A program made the translations under genes and the position numbers. The notes below the pieces were generated by a model. That model searched no databases and was not told where the DNA came from. It worked only from the letters and a program-made list of their open reading frames with translations. A DNA stretch of 64,000 bases, taken from Planctomycetota bacterium. Lineage in GTDB: Bacteria > Planctomycetota > JAJSAM01. This document shows, piece by piece, positions 59,025-64,000 of the stretch (position 1 is the first letter of the stretch; each line of letters begins with the position of its first letter). Location: contig JAJSAM010000026.1 of NCBI GenBank assembly GCA_024274785.1, forward strand, positions 47,048 to 111,047, read 5' to 3'.

Positions 59025-59053
59025 TTGGCGCCCCGGGCCTTCATCACTAAGAT
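59025..59053 (+). promoter_or_regulatory. Putative sigma70 promoter of the small basic protein gene
   Basis: TTGGCG-N17-TAAGAT, overlapped by 17-bp direct repeats at 58993-59037. Confidence 0.45.
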
Positions 59054-59083
59054 CGGCGCTTTCGTCGACTGGAGGGCGGAGAA

Positions 59084-59290
59084 ATGTCCGTACACAAGAG
59101 TCTGAAGGTCCGCGGGATGCTGGTTCGCGCGCGCAACGTCATGACCCGCGCCGAACGCATCGCGATGATGGAACAGAACCGCACCTGGAATGAAGGTGAC
59201 GCGGTCTACGGCCTGCCGAAGACCAAGGTTCCGAAGATCAAGAGGGGCGGCAAGAAGAAGAAGAAGGAAGAAGAGAAGGAAGAAGAGTAA
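59084..59290 (+). CDS. PVC superphylum signature small basic protein
   Basis: MSVHKSLK......RNV.TR.ERI........W......YGLPK.K with Lys-rich tail; GGAGG SD. Confidence 0.9.
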   Translation: MSVHKSLKVRGMLVRARNVMTRAERIAMMEQNRTWNEGDAVYGLPKTKVPKIKRGGKKKKKEEEKEEE

Positions 59291-59336
59291 GGGCCCGTCT
59301 GGAGTTAACTGCCGCATTCGAGGGCCGCTGCATCCC
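59291..59336 (+). repeat. Family A left-end fragment
   Basis: gggcccgtctggagttaactgccgcattcgagggccgctgcatccc closely matches the start of the 20771 copy; begins right after TAA. Confidence 0.8.
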
Positions 59337-59398
59337 GTCGTCCGTCATTCCCCCTGCCCCGACTCGCTGCAATCTGAATCTCCGCGCACTGCTGCCCG

Positions 59399-59495
59399 GC
59401 CGCAATGGAGGGTCGACCTCCGGGCGACTGTGCTGGTGGTCCGGGAGCGCCACGCCGAATCTGCGTGCGCCGCGAAGGTTTCGAACGTCAGTACT
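59399..59495 (+). repeat. Family B repeat, copy 2
   Basis: About 91% identical to 35283-35379; its end overlaps the pdxA TAG. Confidence 0.85.
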
Positions 59496-60393
59496 ACAAG
59501 ATGCGGTTTCGCACCATCGTGACCGCGAGCCGCAGCGCACAGAGCATCGAACTCTCATCCGCGACACCACGCCCGGCGATGTCGATGGCGGTGCCGTGAT
59601 CGGGTGAGGTGCGCACCACCGGCAGCCCGATGGTGATGTTCACGCCCCGGCCGAACGACAGCGCCTTGAACGGCCCGAGTACCTGGTCGTGGTACATGCC
59701 GACGATCGCATCGAATTCGGCGCGCGCGCGAGGGGCGAACGCGACATCCGCCGGGTGCGGCCCGGATATTCTCGGGCCGCGTCCGGCGATACCCCGAATG
59801 GCGGGGGCGATCATGTCGATCTCCTCGGTGCCGAAATGTCCTCCCTCCCCGGCGTGTGGATTGAGTCCGAGGACACCCACGTGCGGATCACGGATGCCGA
59901 AATCCCGGCTCAGGCTCTCGAGAGTCGTCAGGATGCGGTCCGAAATCAGCTCGAAGGACAACTTCTCGGCAACTTCGGCCAGCGCGAGGTGAGTCGTGAC
60001 CGGAACGACCCGGAGATCGTCCGCGGCGAGCATCATCGCGTGGTCCGGCGTCTCGAATCGCTCCGCGAAGAACTCGGTCTGGCCCGGGAAACGGAAACCG
60101 GCGGCCCGGAGCAGCGCCTTGTGGACCGGTGCGGTCACGATGGCGTCGGCCTGGCCGGCGAGAGCCAGTTCCGCGGCGCGTTCGAGCGCGGCAAGAGCGG
60201 TATTCGCCCCTTCGACCTCCTCGATCTCGACTGGCGGTGGGACGTTGAGATCCGCCGCGGTCCGGGACAGTTCTTCCGGGTCCCCGATGACCAGGAGCGA
60301 GACGTCCTCCGGCGCCCGATACTTCGCCAGGGCTTTCAAGAGGACTTCCGGTCCGATGCCGGTCGTCTCTCCCTGCGTGATCAGAACCTTCAT
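59494..60393 (-). CDS. pdxA: 4-hydroxythreonine-4-phosphate dehydrogenase
   Basis: GIGPEV, TAPVHK, GLNPHAGE.G, MYHDQ, RTSPDHGTA.DIAG.G.A. Confidence 0.93.
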   Translation of the reverse strand: MKVLITQGETTGIGPEVLLKALAKYRAPEDVSLLVIGDPEELSRTAADLNVPPPVEIEEVEGANTALAALERAAELALAGQADAIVTAPVHKALLRAAGFRFPGQTEFFAERFETPDHAMMLAADDLRVVPVTTHLALAEVAEKLSFELISDRILTTLESLSRDFGIRDPHVGVLGLNPHAGEGGHFGTEEIDMIAPAIRGIAGRGPRISGPHPADVAFAPRARAEFDAIVGMYHDQVLGPFKALSFGRGVNITIGLPVVRTSPDHGTAIDIAGRGVADESSMLCALRLAVTMVRNRIL

Positions 60394-62888
60394 CTGCCGA
60401 TCCTCCGTACCGCCACATCCAGGGGGAGCAGGCCGAGCGCCACGAGCAACAAGGGAAGGTGCACCGGCTTTTCACCAGGCCGCCGACGGTCCTTCGGAGC
60501 TTCCGGAAGCCCCGATCCGTCCTCGCTCGAGGCCAGGACCAGAGTGCTGATGGTCTCCTCGTCGACGCCGGTCGTGAGATCCTCCCGGGACCGGCCGGCG
60601 ACCGCGACCGCTCCCGCCATCTTCCCATCCGCGGCGGTCAACGTCACTCGGATGAAGGACCCCGCGGGGGACGGTGGCAAGTCCGCTTCATACAACCCCG
60701 GCCCCGTACGGGCAAAGGAAAGCGGCGCCTCCTGACCGTCGATCATCGCACGGCCGTCCCGAGGCGGCTCGGGAGTGCGCGCCACCACTCGCCGTCCTTA
60801 GATGATCACCGTGGTGCCAGACTCACCCTCCTCGTCTTCCGCCCCGGCGAGCTGCCGGCTGAGCTGTGCGAGGAAGCGCGGGTAGTCTTCCCAATTCTGC
60901 CAGGCGATCAGTTCCCCGGCGAAGTGCGCCACCCGGCCTTCACCGAAGCGCCAGACCGTGAGTGCCGGTGAGCCGTCCCCGGTGACCAGGGCGGTCTGCG
61001 CCGGAAAGCGGGGCTCCACCGGCTCGATCTCCGGGAGTTCGGGAAAGGTCAGGCCTTCGAGAAAGGGCAGAGGGGCGGCGGCGGTCACCGATACCGGCTC
61101 GGATAAATTCGGCTGGTCGGGGGCGTCGGGTTCGGCTTCGGGCGGTTCGCCGGTACCCGCGGTCACATCCGGAGAGGGTTCGGTTTCCGGGGGCCGCTCG
61201 GCTTCGATGACGCGCTGCGTATCGAGGGTCACCACCCGGGGCAGTTCGCGCGGATCGTTGGCGGGGTAGAAGCGGCCCCGGCCCCAGCGAGCGAGGGAGC
61301 CGAGGAGTCGCGGCTCGTAGTCGTTCCCGACTCCCACCGTGGAGATGGTGATGCGGTCCCTGACCATCCGGGTGATCAGCTTCCGGAAGCCCGCGAGCAG
61401 GTCCTGGCCGTCGGAGACCAGGATCACGTGCTTGATGCCTGACTTCTCCTCCCGGATGCCGGCGTAGGCTTCCTTCAGGGCGACGAAGATCTCCGTTCCA
61501 CCTCTCGGCTGAAGCCTTCCGAGCGCACGCCGGAGCCCCAGCAGGTCTCCCGCCGCGGTGGGGCGGCGGATCCACTGGACCTCGTCATCGAACGCCAGAA
61601 TGCCGATGCGATCTTCCTTGGGCAGGGTCTGGGCCGCGGCCAGGCAGGCGGCTTTGGCCACCGCCATCTTTCCGCCCCGCATCGAGCCGGAGCGGTCGAT
61701 GACCAGCAGCAGCGTGATGGTCAGCGCGTCCTTGTCGACCTCGGCCGGGCTCGCGCCCTCTTCGGGAGGCTTCTCCTCGGGAGGCCTCTCTTCCGGAGGC
61801 GGCGGGGTGATTTCAGGGGGAGCGGGCATTGCGGCGGCGGGAAGCAGGTCGGTGACGGGGGCGTTCTCGTAGCGGGACAGTCCGCGGGGCGCGCCGGTGG
61901 CCACGAGCAATCCGCCGCCCTCACTCACATAGGAGAGAAGTTTTCCTCCCGAGGGGGGCAGTGCGAAGCCCGCCAGGATGATCACCACTCGTGCCTCGGC
62001 AAGGCTCGGCACGACCGGCCCGGCAGAATCGACCGCCGCGACCGAAAGCCCCTGCGCGGCGAGCGCCCGGGGTACCGGCCCGTCCTCCGGGGACCCGAGG
62101 ACGAGCACCTTGAGCGGCCCTTCGACCGTAACCATTTCGGCCGCGGCCGCAGAGCCTCCCGGGCCCCGGACGACGGCAGTGATCTCATGGGGGCCGGCGG
62201 CCATGGTCACGCCGCCGAGTTTCGCGATGCCGTCGTTGAATTCCGCGTGTCCGGCGGGCTCTTCGTCGATGCTGATGCTGACTTCCCGGGCCCCCGGGGC
62301 GGAAACCCTGATCGAAACCGGGGCGCCTTCCCGGATGGGGCGGGGGACGGAGATGGTCGGGACACCGGGAACTGTGGCGGGTTGCTCACCGCGCTCGGCA
62401 TCGATGGGGCGGACGCCGATCGCGCGGCCTGATGCGGCGAGGTCCGAGAAAAGCCCGGCCGCGTCGGCGTCGAGGTGTCCGTCGGTGGTCAGGATCACGC
62501 GGTCCGCGGCGTTTGAGGCCGCCGTCAGGAGAGCACTGCGAGCGTCGGTGGAGTCTTCGTCGCCGAAAGGCAGGACCGCGGTCAGCCCTTCCTCCCGGAG
62601 GACGGAGACGAATCCGTCTACTTCCGCCCGGCCTTCCCGGGAAACGGATCCCGACACATCCGCGAGCACGATCGTCCCCCGCGCTTCCCGGGTCTCGAAG
62701 GCCCGGAACGGCCCGGCCGCCGCCACGATCAGCAGCACGATGATCGCCGAGCGCAATACCGTCGCGGTCACCCGCCGCAGCGCCGACCCGGTCCGCTTTC
62801 GCCCGAGCACGGCCGCAACGAGAATCAGCAGCAGCGCCGCGGGAACGGCGTAGAGATACTCAGGACGTGCAAACGAGACATCACCCAT
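60390..62888 (-). pseudogene. vWA-domain membrane protein interrupted by an in-frame TAA at 60798-60800
   Basis: N-terminal TM, DVSGS and DRSGSM MIDAS motifs, GATase-like segment; ORF 60390-60788 is in the same frame and supplies the C-terminal TM (LLLVALGLLPLDVAVRR). Confidence 0.75.
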
Positions 62889-63073
62889 GCGCGGAGGAAT
62901 TGTACGCGAGGACGGGTGCCAGCCCACGATTGCCGCCCGCGTCCGCTTTCAGGACCATCGCGGCGCCCCGGTAAACGGTACGGTGGGTGTGGTCGAGATG
63001 GCGCTCGACCCTCCGATGCGGGACTGGCGGGCCACCCCGCGCGCTTGACTTCGACATGGGGCGGGACTGGCCG

Positions 63074-64000
63074 TCACTTGATCAGCATCGGCTCCAGCCA
63101 GTTCGCGAAGTCGCGCACGAAGTCATCCACGTAGTGGACCTTCAGGGTCAGACGCTTTGCCCCGGCGATATTGATCGGAGGGATCCGCGGGGGTTCCTGG
63201 CCGGTTTTCAGGCGCCGGATCACGTCGCTGATGAAACGGGATTTGCCGTCCACGAGCACCTCGAAGCGGACGTCGCCCTCCTTCAGGGCGGTGTCGTCGA
63301 GGGCGATGCGGGCGGTGAACAGGCGATGGCCACCCGTGAGTTTCCAGGTCATCGCCGTGCCGGAGATCACGCCGAGCCCCTTCAAAAAGCCCTCCCCGCC
63401 GGAGAGCAGCGGAGTGTCGAGGAACGAGCGGTCGGTGCGAGGACGATCCCAGGCGTAGGACTCCCCGATCCAGGGGACGATCTTCACCTCTTCGGGCGTG
63501 AAGTCGGAGAGATAGGTGAAGCGCCCGCCGGTCAGGTACAGCGCTAGGACATCGGCCAGCGGAAGCTTGATCCTCGTTCCCCGGATCGTCGTGCCGGAGA
63601 CGGTCTTGCCGTCGGACGTCACGTCCGAAAGGGTGAGGCGGCTTCCGTCAGAGATGCGAATCACCGCAAGACGTCCCTCCGGGGCCTTGGGAGTGGGGGC
63701 GTCGGCGATCCGGATCAGGAGGAGGTTCTCGAAGGGGATCGGGTGGCTGTCGCCGATCTGGCCCTGGACCACGACGTTGGTCCGGGTGAGCTTGAGTAGC
63801 GTTCCCTTCACGTGGTCGAGGTGCCGGTAGTAGAAGATATCCCATTCATTCTCGTCATCTCTCGTGGCGGGGAGTTCGACCGCTTCCCGCCAGGCGGAGA
63901 CGAAGCGGATCTCCGCCACGTCGTCGATCCCGAAGCGGACCGGCCCGACGAACCGGGAGTGGATCGCGATCTCCTCCGCTTCGCTCACCCCGAGCCGCCC
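63074..64000 (-). CDS. NPCBM/NEW2 domain protein (5' end outside the window)
   Basis: DRS....PL..GG..F.KGLGV.SG, F.A.IALDD, GDVRFEV.VDG, L.L.V, ANW.EP.L. Confidence 0.8.
   Translation of the reverse strand, partial: GRLGVSEAEEIAIHSRFVGPVRFGIDDVAEIRFVSAWREAVELPATRDDENEWDIFYYRHLDHVKGTLLKLTRTNVVVQGQIGDSHPIPFENLLLIRIADAPTPKAPEGRLAVIRISDGSRLTLSDVTSDGKTVSGTTIRGTRIKLPLADVLALYLTGGRFTYLSDFTPEEVKIVPWIGESYAWDRPRTDRSFLDTPLLSGGEGFLKGLGVISGTAMTWKLTGGHRLFTARIALDDTALKEGDVRFEVLVDGKSRFISDVIRRLKTGQEPPRIPPINIAGAKRLTLKVHYVDDFVRDFANWLEPMLIK

Overview
GC-rich bacterial chromosomal window, very likely from a Planctomycetota/PVC organism. The main evidence is the PVC 'small basic protein', a Planctomycete-type ECF sigma/Ser-Thr kinase pair, a PEP-CTERM protein, and HEAT, vWA and NPCBM proteins. 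Core metabolism: 2-oxoacid:ferredoxin oxidoreductase alpha/beta, NfnAB/SudAB-type transhydrogenase, a minimal periplasmic nitrate reductase cluster (tetraheme cytochrome-napA-napD), a complete nuoA-N operon, nfo, pdxA, crcB and a CLC channel. Most interesting accessory signals: (1) an unannotated, apparently ATT-initiated paralog of the adjacent ECF sigma factor that lacks the -35 helix-turn-helix and has a sigma54-like promoter (possible decoy sigma) just upstream of nap; (2) a lipoprotein made of an 18-aa lipopeptide fused to a Hedgehog/intein (Hint) domain; (3) a FeeM-like N-acyl amino acid synthase divergent from a ThiF adenylyltransferase and a rhodanese; (4) an HUH/RAYT transposase bracketed by perfect 34-bp inverted repeats, plus three families of small repeat elements that repeatedly abut stop codons; (5) a HEAT-repeat protein with a secretin-like beta insert. 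Several disrupted genes are present (Ser/Thr kinase, M20 peptidase fragment, vWA gene with an in-frame TAA). No tRNA, rRNA or CRISPR array was seen. All calls are by eye; no database searches were run.
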